Program-made: the position numbers and the translations under genes
Shown: positions 1 to 13,614 of the stretch, one piece after another
Numbering within the stretch: position 1 is the stretch's first letter
Layout: each line of letters begins with the position of its first letter
The notes under the pieces: model-generated
Told to the model about the DNA's origin: nothing
The model's input: the letters and a program-made list of their open reading frames with translations, nothing else
The model's database searches: none
NCBI RefSeq assembly: GCF_036321535.1
Contig: NC_087436.1
Coordinates: 10,726,001-10,790,000 of the forward strand
Direction of reading: 5' to 3'
DNA length: 64,000 nucleotides
DNA from: Camelus dromedarius
Taxonomy: Eukaryota

Positions 1-494
1 GACCCCACTCTTGCCTCCATCCCCTGCCCACCCTCTGCCCTACCCCACCCTTCCCCTCACCCTCCACATGTGGAATTAATCACTTCTCTATCACCCTGGA
101 ATTGTTTAGGTACTTTGATTGCACTCATTATTGCTAACTGTTTATGAGTTTATGCACTAATCAGTGAATTCCTTCAGAGAAAGACACATATCCTATCAAC
201 CTGCAAATTCTTACCAGCTGGTATAGGGCCTGGCCAATAGAAAGTATTCAATAAATATGCGTCATCTGAGATTTCCAGATTTTTCTAACTTTTGGTTGGT
301 TTTACTCAAACTGTGTGAGTTCTTGTCTGTTTCTTTTCTCAATTTGGCCAATTTTTTTTCCTTTATTTGCTTCTTCTCTTTGTCAGCTACTATTACAATT
401 ATATTTCATTTTTATTGTGGATCTTATTTTTAAGGACAATTGTTTTGATACGATCTGATTTCCTAAACAGAGATGTTTATAAGTTTGAAGTCTG

Positions 495-1132
495 TACCAT
501 ATGATCCAGCAATCCCACTCCTGGGCATATATATGGGAAAATCTCTAATTATAAAAGGCACATGCACCCCAATGTTCACAGCAGCACTATATACAATAGC
601 CAAGACATGGAAACAACTTAAATGTCCATTGACAGATGACTGGATAACGAAGCTGTGGTATTTTATACAATGGAATACCACTCAGTCATTAAAAAAGAAT
701 AAAATAATGTTATTTGCAGCAATATGGATGAACCTGGAGATTGTCAGTCTAAGTGAAGTAAGCCAGAAAGAGAAAAAAAAATACCATATGATATACTCAT
801 ACGTGGAATCTAAAAAAGAAGAAAAAAGAAGACATTCATGAACTCATCTACAAAAGAGACTCACAGACATCATAAACAATCTTATGGGTATGGGGGGGAG
901 GGTGGTAAGGGATAAACTGAGAGTTCAAGATTTGCAAATATTTACTACTATATATAAAAATAAATTTAAAAGTTTCTTCTGTATAGCACAGGGAATTACA
1001 TTCAATTTCTTATAGTAACCTATAATGAAAAAGAATATGGAAATGAACATATGTATGTATATGTATGACTGAAACATTATGCTGATCACCAGATGTTGAC
1101 ACACTGTAACTGAGTATACTTCAATAAAAAAT
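495..1132 (+). mobile_element. 5'-truncated young L1 (ORF2 C-terminus plus 3' UTR)
   Basis: Encodes PYDPAIPLLGIY...CTPMFTAALYTIAKTWKQ...WMNLEI typical of the L1 ORF2p C-terminus. Ends in TATACTTCAATAAAAA. Flanked by an imperfect TSD, AAGTTTGAAGTCTG (481-494) / AAATTTTAAGTCTG (1133-1146). Confidence 0.95.
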
Positions 1133-1299
1133 AAATTTTAAGTCTGAAAAAAAGTTATTAATTAAGCAGCCAACTTATGATTACACACTTTTCATAAACC
1201 TGAGTCTCAATAATAATCACAGTAGACAGAAATGTTACACGTAGATTTCTAGAAATATTTACGCTCCTTTATGCCAAGTTTTCACGTGCTTCAGATTTC

Positions 1300-1490
1300 A
1301 GTATAGCACTGTGGTTGAGAACGTGGGCTCTGCATTCAAACAGACTTGGGGTCCATTTCCCTACTGCTTGGGGGACTATGGCCAAATTACTTAATCTCTC
1401 TGAGTCTCAGTTTGCTCTCATACAAAATGGTTAATAAAATCATTAACCTCACAGGGCTAATGTAAGGATTAAGTAAATACTGCACACATA
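1300..1490 (+). mobile_element. MIR SINE
   Basis: MIR core-like sequence: TTACTTAATCTCTCTGAGTCTCAGTTTGCTCTCATACAAAATGG...GTAAGGATTAAGT. Confidence 0.8.
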
Positions 1491-2305
1491 GTTGAAGCTA
1501 AAAAAATGTTAACTTGAAACTATTAAGATTTAGGGATTAGGTGCAAAGGTATAAATATTGATTGTATCTTTGTTAAATAAATGGCATAAATCATCATAGA
1601 TGGTTTTCCCTACAATAAAACTATTTAGAATAAATACATATAAATTTAATTTATTCTGATGTTTTCATTGAATGGAATAAATGTTTCTCCCTTTTTAAAA
1701 TAGACAATACAGATAAAAGACACAAATAAGGAAGAAATGAAAGTGAACAAATTCATTAGGATTTCATTTCTGTACTTTATTCTGAACGACAGTTTTTTAA
1801 AATGTGATGAGTAAAGTAGTTGATAGACTTTCCTCACCCCAGGTAATCAAGAGGGCTTTCTTATGTTGCAAATCATGACAGAATATTCTCAGTATAAATA
1901 GCTTTGCATTAGCCCAGGTGGTATTTGTAAAGGTGCGCAGAAAAGTTTGTAAAATTAGTGTAAAGCAGCTATAAATGAAATATTTATAAAACACTTCTGC
2001 GGAAAATTATTAGACATGGAAAAAAATGTAAGCTAAGAAGAAATACAGTGAAGTCGAGAGAGAAGTGAACTTAGGGTCAGACTCGGAGCCAAACCGGGTC
2101 TCTGCCACAGGGAGCTGCTGACTTCAGTAGGTCATGTCTCTGCTCTGCATCTTATTCCGCCTCTGAGCCATGAGCACACTGAGCACAGTCACCGTGACTG
2201 ACTATGTGACAGTCAGTGTTAGGGCCTGTAAAATGCTTTTGAAAAATACAACTTCTCCTTCAAGACACCCTTCCTGCTGAGCTAGGACCTAACCCTAGTA
2301 TCCTT

Positions 2306-2778
2306 CTTTTTCTCTTTTCTTTTCTTTTTTGAATTGAAGTATAGTCAGTTTACAATGTTGTGTCAATTTCTGGTGTACAGCATAATGTTTCAGCCATACA
2401 TACACATACATGTATTCCTTTTCATATTCTTTTTCATTATAGGTTACTAAAAGATTGAATACAGTTTCCTGTGCTCTACAGTAGAAATTGTTGTTTATCT
2501 ATTTTACATACAACAGTTAGTATCTGCAAATCTTGAATTCCCAACGTATCCTTCTCCCCACCCCACCCCCGGTAACCATGAGTCTGTTCTCTATGTCTGT
2601 GTGGTGTCTGTTTCTGTTTTGTGAATACAAGCGTTTGTGTTTTTTTTAGATTCCACATATAAGTGATACCATATAGTATTTTTCTTTCTCTTTCTGGCTT
2701 ATTTCACTTAGAATGACGATCTCCAGGTCAACCCATGTTGCTGTAAATGGCGTTATTTTATTCTTTTTTATGGCTGAG
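2306..2778 (-). mobile_element. 5'-truncated young L1 3' end
   Basis: T-rich tail then GAAGTATAGTCAGTTTACAATG (reverse of the L1 3' end). The minus strand encodes SAIKKNKITPFTATWVDLEIVILSEISQ. Confidence 0.93.
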
Positions 2779-3429
2779 CCTCTTAATATTCTACTTAAGA
2801 CAGCCACTACCATTGTGTTTATTATTATTGTTAAGTGGTATGAAATGCGAATTTCATCAGCCATCCAAATTACAGATAAGTCCTACAGACTTTCTTACTT
2901 TTCAAATTCCTTATTTCATACGAAATATATATTAAAATTTCACTATTATAGTCTGGTTTTAGATTGATGATGTGAATATTAAAATTAGGAAAGGTTTCAT
3001 ACTTGAAGGATCATAAAATATCCATTATCAAAAAAATACATTGCTTAGGAAGGTAACTAATATGAAAAAAAAAATCTGGCTAGGATATCATTTTTTATGT
3101 GCTACTTTTAACATAAGGGAAACAGCATGATCCAAAATGAACATAGGACTTCAACCACTGACAGCTGGGGCTCTTTCATTCTTCTCTCATTACAAAACTC
3201 CAACTGACAGGTACGCTTCCACCACAATTCAGCTGGAGACTCCCCTTCTCCGTGAAACCTTTAAATTCTAACCCAAGTAAAGAATTTTAAAGATCAGAGA
3301 GCATGTAACAAGATAACATAAGACAGATCACGCAATTAAGAGACACGAAATCTCAGGTTCAGTAAAAGTAAAATTAACTTTATGCTCTTAAAAACAACAC
3401 ATGCCACACAAAATGACAAAAGGGTAAGA

Positions 3430-6400
3430 ATAAAATGATGGCTACTGTTCCCAGCATTTTGGCTAACCAGGTACTAAGTGACCATTCCACTGGAAACAAT
3501 TATGAATGCTGAATACCATTTAGCAATGCATATTTTTAAATCTCATCGTAAGATTTAAAATAATAATAAAATAATTATGATAGTAGTATTGCTCAGGCCA
3601 AACCTCAGTGAAGGTATGAAATAAAAAGGAAGCACTGATGATAGCTTTCATTTTGAGGGCAGCTATTAGACCTCATAAACCTGAACTGATGTTTTCATGG
3701 CCTCATGTAACTTAAAGGTTAAGAGACAAAGCCTGGAGCCTCTCCTAAGTAGAGGATCTAAAAGGAAAAATTCACTCTAAAGATCTAGGACACCAAATGG
3801 CTTAAACACAGTGTAACAATGAATTACACACACCTGCCTTGTTGCCAATAATTAGGAGCAATCATGAGCCATTCCTCATAAATTCCAACAGTGAATTTTA
3901 AATTATAGTGGTCCTTGATTACCTAGTTCACTGAGAGACCTGGAAGAGGAAAAACCAGTCCTTCAGAGGAAACTATCTCAGAAAAGGTCCATAAATTAAT
4001 TTCTAAGAAATAGGAACTCACACTCAGAAAGCATGAGACACTAATAGAAACAAAGCAGGAGCAAGAGGCCATGAAAACAAGTGTCAGCAGAATCGGACTC
4101 CATGAAGACTCCATGTTCAGGAGCCATTGGGTAGCATACAAAAGAAATAGGTGTTGTATGTTCAAAGACATAAAACAGGAGAAAAAAATATAAATGGAAA
4201 AAAAAAAAAAAAAGAAAACCACAGGCTATAATCAATTACCAAACAGATTTGATAAAGAAACAAATAGAACTTTTAGAAGTTAAAAGTATAATCATTTAGT
4301 CCCCAAATCATTAGAACAGATAAGAAATAAGTTTTGAGCTAGAAGGAATGACACAGAATGTAACACAGATAGACAGAGAGATACCAGTTATGAAGGGCAG
4401 GCTCAGTGCCACGTACCACATTCTGAGATGGTGTCATACACACACGTATGAGTCAGAGTCTGATTGGGGACAGTAGTGTCCAACTGGGCAGTTTAGGGAG
4501 AGGTTAAGAATGATCATCTATAGATCTGGGGCATGATGTATTTTAGTCTCCCCAGGTTAGTAACTCTGGGAAGCACTACAGCGAAGGACTAGCAAGGAAA
4601 GTTAAGGAAGTGGTGATGGAATGCAGAGAGAACAGCTATAAGATAACAATTGCCTGACAGGACCATGGGCTCCAGCAAATGGTCCATCAGCCTGGCTATG
4701 AGGGAGCAATGGTGGTAAGCAGCCAAATCCACTTTCCTCCCTCTCTCTGACCCACTGCCTGTGCCTCAGGTTCTTTGAATAGCATTGGAAACCAGAGGGC
4801 AAAGGAGGTCATGACCACAGTTCATACACATCTGCCTCATAGGTATAAAAAAGATACCCACAACAATACATAACTGGGATCTTGGCAAAAATGTAATGAG
4901 ACAATGGCTGAGAATTTTCCAAAATGAACAAAAGAACTAAGTATCAGATAACAGGAGCCCAGAAAATTCACAGCAGGAAAAATGAAAAAAAAAAAAAAGA
5001 AAAAAACAATATTGAGTACAATTATGAGAAAAGAGGAGACACATACAAAAAAAAAGACCATGGTTGAAGCAGCTAACGTCTCAAGAGCAAAGTGGTCACC
5101 AGAAACAGTGGAATTCCATTTTTCTATGTGCTGCAATAAAATAGACGTCAACGTAGAATTCTCCAGTGAATGAAAACATCATTTATGAATGAGGATAATT
5201 TAAGAAAATTTTAGAGAAATACTGAGAGATTTTTGCCATGAACCAAACTACTCAATCAAAATTGCAAAGAATGTATTTCAAGCAAAAATAGAGTTACCCC
5301 ACATGGGAGATCCTAGATACAGGAAAAAATTAAAAGCAAACAAACTGCTGAATATGTAGTAATGTTTGAAAAGGGAAAAAAAGGATTTATAAAATTGTCA
5401 TAATGATATTGAGGGGATTCAAAACTAAGATACAACTAAAATAAAAAATCAAAATAATATGCAAATAAGGTATGAAGTAATCGGAGATAAAGTGATTAAA
5501 TTTTCCCTGGAGTGTTTGGAAGGCAGGTTGGGATCCTGACTGATATTTAACTTTAAAGTGTGCATATTAAGAGTTTAGAGTAACTGTTGAAAGAATAGTA
5601 GGATTATGTATGGCTTTCAAATTAGGAGAGGAAAACACTAGGGTAGAAAAAGACAGCAATCCAAGAGAAGTCAAGAAGGAGAGAAAATAAAAACAGAAAA
5701 GACAGGACAACTTGAAATTTCAAAGTACATAATGCAAAAACTTATAGAACTGGAAGGAGAAACAGACAAATTAAGACTTAGTTGAAGATTTCAGTATCTT
5801 CTTTGAACAAATCAAACAATCAGAAAATTAATGAGTACATTGCACATTTAAATGATCTTATGAACCAACCTGATCTTGTTGACATTTGTAGTACACTTCT
5901 CCAAATTCACCAAAAAAAATAAAATATAAATATATTTTGAAAATTTAATATGGAACATTTACAAGATAGATCTGGGTGACAAAATAAGTCTCAAAGAAAA
6001 GATTTACCATATACAAAGTATGCTCTCAGACCACAATGAAATGAAATTAAAAAATCAATAGAACAAAGATATCTGGAAAGTTCATAAGCATTTGGAAACT
6101 AAATAATACATTTCTAAATAACCCATCAGCCAAAGAGGAAATCAAAAGGAAAATTAGAACATATATTGAACTGAAAGAAAATGAAACAAAAATATATCAA
6201 AATTTGGGAGAATACTAGGGGAAATGTATAGCACTAGATACCTATATTAGAAAAGGTAGAAAAGGGAAAAAAAAGATCTCAAATCAAAGACCTCACTTCT
6301 TCCTTAAGAAATGAGAAAAACAAAAGCAAATTAAACCCAAAAGAAGCAGAATAAAGAAAATAATACTAAAGGAATGCAATCCCACTCCTGGGCATATATC

Positions 6401-7215
6401 CAGAGGAAATTCAAAACAATACATTTACCCCAATGTTCATAGCAGCACTATATACAATAGCCAAGACATGGAAATGACCTAAATATCCATTGACAAATGA
6501 TTGGATAAAGAAGTTGTGATATATTTATACAGTGGAATACTACTCAGCCATAAAAAAGAATAAAATAATGCCATTTACAGCAACATGGATGGACCAGAAG
6601 ATTGCCATTCTAAGTGAAGTAAACCAGAAAGAGAAAGAAAAATACCACATATCACTTATTTGACACAAATGAACTTATTTACAAAACAGAAATAAACTCA
6701 CAGATATAGAAAACAAATTTATGGTTACTACCTCCCTGGTAATCATAAATAAAGTGGTTGGGAAGGGATAAATTAGGAGTCCAAGATTTGCAGATACTAA
6801 CTACTATATATAAAATAGATAAACAAGTTTCTACTGGATAGCACAGGGATTCAACACATTTCAGTAGCCTATAATGAAAAAGAATATGAAAATGAATATA
6901 TGTATGTATATGTATGATTGCAACATTATGCTGTACATCAGAAATTGATACAACATTGTAAACCAACTGTAGTTTAATAACAAAAGAAAAAATATTAAAG
7001 GAAAAACAATAAAACAGAAAATAAATGAAAAAATTAAAAATCCATGAACTAAAAGCTGGTACTTTGAAAATATTAATAATAGAGGTAAACCTCTACCTGG
7101 ATTGATCAGGAAAAATAGAGAAAATACAAATTACCAATATCAGGAATGATATAAGTTACATAACTCAGATCCTGTATCTAATAAAAAGGTAACATGAGAA
7201 TTTTATGCACATTAT
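3430..7215 (+). mobile_element. Old, degraded L1 (5' region, ORF1 and ORF2 endonuclease-region remnants), interrupted by younger insertions
   Basis: A-rich strand with L1 ORF1-like (ATGGCTGAGAATTTTCCAAAATG, ~4904) and ORF2-like segments (CTCAGACCACAATGAAATGAAATTA ~6025; TTTCTAAATAACCCAT ~6111; ACAAATTACCAATATCAGGAATG ~7126). Boundaries are approximate. Confidence 0.75.
6375..6990 (+). mobile_element. Young L1 3' end nested inside an older L1
   Basis: GCAATCCCACTCCTGGGCATATATCC through to an A-tail. TSD AATACTAAAGGAA (6362-6374) / AATATTAAAGGAA (6991-7003). The older L1 ORF2 sequence continues on both sides. Confidence 0.93.
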
Positions 7216-7996
7216 GAAATATACTAAGACATTCAGATCCAGCCAGTAAAGAGAAGCCCTGATGAATTTCATCTACATTCAGAGATGATACAGAAAGGTA
7301 ATGTACACAAAGAAGCGCCAAATGTTAGCAACAATTTTAGTGATGGAAATAAGTGAGTTGTACACTAAGTTACAGACACAAATAATTTGTGGTTCAAGTG
7401 TGTACCACTGTGGTGGTGTCAGAAAATAATGGTTCAGTAGTTCTTTAATTTGCTGGCAAGGTAGAGAAACCTCTGTGGAGTGAGAGACTACTCAAGGCTT
7501 TGAATGAATCTGAACACAGGTTTGAGTCATGGCTCCACTGGTTTCTGACTGTACCATCCAAAAGAAGTCATGAATCTCATATACAGATAATTCTATCATA
7601 GAGTGTTTTTGTAAAGATAACATGAAATAATATGTGTAATGAGGAGCAGCATTATTCTGTAAATAAAATGTCTCTTACTTTAATAAGTAAATAGCAATGA
7701 GATAAGACCCTCCCTGATCTCTTCCTCCCTGATGCACTCCACTATCAGAAGAAAGTGTGAAGAACCAGAATAATGCCAAGATGAGAAGGAAGCCTGGCTA
7801 TGGCTAGAAGTGGAGTCCCAACGTCAGTAAAATGTAGAAAAGACTGGAAATAATCAACAGCAGGCAATCCATCAATGCCTGGAAATGCACAGAGCACATG
7901 TAAGACTCAAGGATTTGGGAGATAGTCTAAGCTGTGGTTCCGGTAGTTTTTCTGATCAAGGATTTGAGCCAGAGACAATTACTACTATATATCTAC

Positions 7997-8418
7997 TGTT
8001 ATGGCCCAAAGTAAGCCCCATCCCCCAATGTGACTGTATTTGGAGATGAAGTCTCTGTGGGATGATTAAGGTTAAATGTGATCATAAGGGTGGAGTCCTG
8101 ATCCGATAGGATTAGCAACCTTATAAGAAGAGACATGGGGAAAAAAAAAAAAAGAGAGAGAGAGAGAGTCAGGGGAGAGCTGTCCAACTGTCTCTGTCTC
8201 TCTCTCTGGACCCCCAGTGTCCCCTCCCCTCCACCCCTGCCATGTGAGGACATGGGGGGATACAGGCAGTCTGCAAGCCAAGAGGAGGGCCCTCCCCAGA
8301 CACCACTATCCTGGGACCCTGACCTTGGACACCCCCCTACCCTCACCAAAACTGTGAGAAAGTAAATTTCTGTTGCTTAAGCCATATGGTATTTCATTAC
8401 AGCAGCCAAGCTAAGACA
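7997..8418 (+). mobile_element. MaLR solo LTR (MLT1-like)
   Basis: TG...CA termini. Contains CCCCAATGTGACTGTATTTGGAGAT, ATTAAGGTTAAATG, CCTTATAAGAAGAG and TAAATTTCTGTTGCTTAAGCCA...GCAGCC...CTAAGACA, typical of MLT1. Confidence 0.88.
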
Positions 8419-11122
8419 TCTCTAGCTTTTAGTGAGCAGACTGTGTCCGGTGGGTGCAGGTTACATATCCAAGAACCTTTTGTAGAACAAAGACACAATG
8501 TGTGCATGAGCTGAGAGCTCCTGCATTTCGGATCAACACTGGGGCGCCTCGCAGGGGATGCGAGGAGACTTGAGTTTTATCTTGTCTGATGACCCCACAT
8601 CCTTCGAGACTGTCAGCTGAGCTGGAGGGCTTCTCCCTGTCGACTCCCTCTCTCTCGTGTCTTTACTGCTCCAGGACATCCTGGGGCTGCCCTGTCACCA
8701 GACTGACCATGCACCTGGGAGAGCAAAGTGGGAGAGGGGTGAGACCCCATCCAGTCGCTTTTCTCTTTTCACGGTTGCTTGACTCACATCTGAAAGCAGA
8801 GAGGCTGAAGACGCGCTGCGAATAATGCAGCGACTCATTTGCAAAGAATGTTTAAAAGTTAATTCATGCAAGGAGCAGAGACTGATGGGCTGGAATCTGG
8901 GATAAGAATTTCAAAGAATTTTATGCCTATCAAAAATCAACCTGGGGATAGAATTCCATCAGCCTAATCAGGACTCCTGCCTTTGAAGTGCTCCTTTTGT
9001 CTCTCATGCCTTTTCCTCTGGCGTCCTTATTTCATGCACAAGATGATAAATACAGAGGCATGTGCGGTGAGCTTGTTCGGTCTAATAAAATTCCATCAAA
9101 GTCCAAATGAAGTGTGACGCTAGTTAAAGGCTTTTCATTATTTCCTCACTTGTATAATCAAGTTATCCAAAAAAATCTTATATCAAAATGCTAAGTGTTT
9201 TTAAAAAGACATAGATTACAAAGAAAATACTAGTCTCCCAACCTGTCCTTAATTTTAAAATACATTCTATTGGGATAATGACAATTTATAACCCGCTCCC
9301 CAAAAGAAATGTAAGTTATATTTTTCTAATGTATGTAATATCAAATAGGTATAAAAGCGAGGAGTTTTCAATATATTTAAAAGAAGGCAGTCACTGAAAA
9401 AATTAAAATTACACAAAAACATGACCAGCAGGGACTGCTGGACATTGGCTGTGTTGCTAATGTTGCCCAACCTTCCCCTCTTAGCGTCTTTACTGATGAG
9501 AATGACTCACGCACTTAGCAACCTAGACATCGTTTTCAGCCAGAGAGCATAGCCAAGCAATTTCAGACCACTTGGAGAATTAAAAATCTATCACGTCCAC
9601 AAATATACAATTATCCTTCATTTAGCAAGAGCACCTCATATGCCATTTCCTGGCCGGTTTTTCTTACTCTTACTGCTTTCTGTGTTTCAACCTGCCTAAT
9701 TGGACTCAGGAGTATTTTGAAAGCCAAATCTCTCAGCTATCTTCCCATAAAGGCAGGTGTCCAGGAAACCCAGTCCAAAGGTGGGAAGAAAAAAAAATGA
9801 AAGGATAGCACTTTAGGTCCTAGAAGGAGGAGCCAGCCCTTACCATGAAAATTTAAATTTTCGCATTTTGATGGAAACAGTAAACACATTTTGAAGAAAA
9901 TTTCAGTGGGCCATTCTAAGAACATCATAAGTTAAACTACCTTGTCTTGGCCATAAAAAGTCTTCATGTAGATTGCAAATGTATATTTCCTCATAAAACT
10001 TAACAGGAATTAACTGCTTTTAATAAAAATACCTTTAGACTTTGTTATAAATGTCAGTGGCACCTATTAAAATGGGTGATGGAGTTTATAGCTTTTTTTA
10101 GACTCTATGCTCCCAGGCTCACCAGAGATATTATTGTCACAAATAATATTGTCAACAAATGTTTATTGAGCTTGAGGCAGGGGCTGCATTATCTTTCATC
10201 ATCATAACTGTTGAGAAGATTAAATAAGATAATGTATCTGGAAAATGTCTGTGGCCACGCCCAGCACTTACTGTTTAATAAATATTGGAGTTTTTTTTGG
10301 GGGGGGGTGAGGTGGGTTGTTTCGTTGTTTTTTTTTTTTTTTAATGAAGTATAGTCAACTTGGGTTCCTGCCCTCAGAAAGCTTGCAGTTTGCCGTCTGT
10401 CAGGGTCGCCTAGTTACTCACTGACCGTAGTGAACTTTCTTATGAATGTGATGGAAGAAGTGAGCCCAGTGGTGTGACAGGAGCAAGCTGGGCAGAGTCG
10501 TGGAAATCTGATTAGGAAGAGATGACACTTAAAATTAATTTTGAGGGACAGGTAAAAGTTAGGTAAAAGTCAGGAAGAAACGTATTCAAAACTGATGGAG
10601 CCAATCTGTGGAAGTCAGAGATTTCTTCTCTGAGTGTGATCTAGACACAGAAGGGAAGCCATCAGGATGAGCCAACTGGCACAAAAAAATGTATTCATGC
10701 TCACCAACTGCCATTGTTCACGACTAATCGTGATGCCTCCTGTGCAAAGAAACTCTGATGAAATTAACTTGGAATTACGTAACTCATGATTGCTGTTTAC
10801 TCACCTAGACCCCAGATTGGAAAAAAAATAATTATCCTTTGATGTAATGAATGCTTCAAAATATTTATTCTTTCATTCAGTAAATATTGCAATTAATTGA
10901 GTCATAAGTGTAATTAGTCTATCAGGAAAAAATGTCTTCTGTATGTATTTGTATTTCACAGTATTTTTGCCCTTTTAGTAAACATTCATTGTTTTACCAT
11001 TTATTTCAATATTTCCTTTCCAGTGTGAATACTGAAAAATTTACAAATTCCAATCACAAGTGGTACAAAGAGAGAATGATTATTTATGAACTTGAGTGTT
11101 TCCATCATTGTAACTTACTCTT

Positions 11123-11277
11123 TTTTTAAAAATCGGTTTTTTTTTGTTTTGTTTTGTTTTCTGAGTTGTAGGGGAGGTTTATTTATTGATTTACTTTTAG
11201 AGAAGGTACTAAGGATTGAACCCAGGACCTCATGCATGCTAAGCATGCGGTCTGCCACTTGAGCTGTATCCTCCTCC
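11123..11277 (-). mobile_element. tRNA-derived camelid SINE (Vic-1-like)
   Basis: Minus strand has A-box/B-box-like GCTCAAGTGGCAGA...GGGTTCAATCC plus an A-rich tail. TSD CATTGTAACTTACTCTT (11106-11122) / CACTGCAATTTACTCTT (11278-11294). Confidence 0.9.
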
Positions 11278-13614
11278 CACTGCAATTTACTCTTGACTTA
11301 GAAAAATGACACTATAATAAAGCAACATTAACAGTAAGACCCACAATAGAGTAATAATACAATTAATATTGTATTATTGTATGTGTCTGTTTACATCTGT
11401 CCACCTGCCTTTACAGCTCATTGCCCAGTGACCACAAATTATCACCATGCTTATACTGTGTTCTATTTAATGAATTATGTGACTAGGTGATTCTAGGAAC
11501 AGTTATTTCTCAAATAATTGTTAAAATAAGAAATTTTATCGAAGTTATACTATAATAGTATGGCATTAAAAGGAAAAAGTAAGGGCACATTGCTTTTTCC
11601 CAAAACTTATTACAGAAAACAAATTACTAGAATCCAAAGCCTAACAGGAATTTAAGTACATTTGTAAAGGAGAATAAGTGAAAAAGTAAAAGTCTTTATC
11701 ACATTCCTCACTATACTGACTCTTCCTGTCATTCAGATGCCTCAGGATATTGGGAAAGAGTGCTGAGAAAATAAAAATGCATTAGGCTCTTTAAACTTCG
11801 GTGTTCAGATTTCCCAACCAGAACGTAAATCTGAGTTTAAGAAAACAATGGTGTTGTGGCAAATCAAATAGTTTTCTAGTTTTTCACTTAGTCCGTTAAG
11901 AGTGACATTCTGATCTGATCGGGGAATATCCTACTCTGTTCAGCAGTGGGCACCACTGTCTCCATCCATCTGGCCTGGTCCACGGTCTCCATATCACAAC
12001 AGGTCTTTCCAACAGCCATCAGGCTCCCGTGGGGTGGAATTAAGATGCCAAACGTGAACCCTGTGTTCCGACGTGGAACCTTTTCACTAATCTCTTCTTT
12101 TCCATGTACTCAGATGCTCCTTTGTCTAACTCATCATCATCCATCACCCCTCATTCTCTCTCGTCTGTTGGAGCAGGAAATACGACTGATCATCTATGTG
12201 GCCGCCTTCTTTTCCCTAGTGCCTACAGGGAGAGTAAATTAGTTCATCAAAAAATCTGTAAGGGAATCGAGTTATTGTTTATGAATCTGTAATCACTTTA
12301 TGGGCAGCAAACACAATATATCATTTCTAGTAATCACGTAAACGTTTGTTAAGTTAGAATGAATATTAGAAAGTAACATTTTCTGAGCACCAGAGGCCTG
12401 AGTTAATTTTTTCTCTCATAAAGAATTACTGTAAAAATGTAAGCTTTGCCCAGTGCTACTCAGAATATTGTAAGCTCATTGAGTTCACTAAGTTTATTCG
12501 TTATCAATGTATCACCATATAGAGATTAGGCAATGACAAATTATTTTTAGAAGAATAATAATATTCTTCTAAACCAATTTCTGAGTTAAAAGTTAATTTA
12601 CCTCCTCCAGGTCTGTAATTTATATCCAGAAAGAATATTAGATCACAGAAGAAAGAGTTTGCAAGTTACAAATTATATAAAAAGTTATATTTTCCCTCTC
12701 TCTTCATCACATATACAAGATGGATGACTGCACTACCTCCATTCCCACACAAGAGTATCTTTTTAAAGAAAATTAAAGGGCAAAATTAAAGTAAAAATGT
12801 CTGTATAGGAATATCTTAAAGTTCTATTTTTTGCATCCTTGATGGATGACTATATAAAGGATCATTTTAAAATACATCACTAAAAGTTCATGCACAGAAT
12901 TCTTAAAATTGGTATCTGATGGAGTGAAAACTGACAAAGTACAATGTGCAAGTTATGAATAAAAAAGAAACCAAATATTTATTTCCAAATATTTAGGTTT
13001 TGTGTTTAAATCTCCATTTAGACTTCTTGGAGAATTTTTTTTTAAGTTCTAGAACAAATTAGTCTTTTAACCTAAGAAGTCATTTTTTCTTGATGTCTAT
13101 ACTAAGAAAAACTAAGGGTAAATATGATTTAAATGAGAACAAAAAAAATTAACAATTGGCCATAATAGTGGCTACCCAATTTTATTTGTTCCAAAATGCA
13201 TCTTATTATCACTGGTTCTTTTGGTTTCCAACCAAAGCTTAATGAGGTTGACTACTGTACTGAGTGTCATCAATACAGATTACTTACACAGTAACAGAGC
13301 AGACAAACTGTTAGTTTGAAACAATAATGACAAATGCAGTCTCTGTCCTGTCTTATCCTTAAAACATGTTTCCCCAGTTTCTAACGGGTCAATGTCAAGG
13401 CAGAATTTCTTGGGAGGTTTTCAAAAGGGCAAAATTACTCTGCAGAAATTACCTAACATGATAGCGTCCACTAACCTTCCAAAACTGTCCATTAGAAAAA
13501 GCTGATCAATCCTGCTTCCTGCATTAAAATCAAGTTCAAAGATGATACGTACTTTTCACTGTGGCTCAGCCCATGCTGGGCTCTAAATGTGCAATCTCGG
13601 GTCTTAAAAAATGT

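Noticed and set aside
473..841. 122-aa ORF and similar ORFs at 2646, 16190, 38427, 48195 and 55973
   Set aside because: Fragments of L1 ORF2p in truncated, frameshifted elements, not host genes.
10291..10360. T8-G9...T-run followed by AATGAAGTATAGTCA
   Set aside because: Most likely just the tail and last ~20 nt of a minus-strand L1. Too short to classify.
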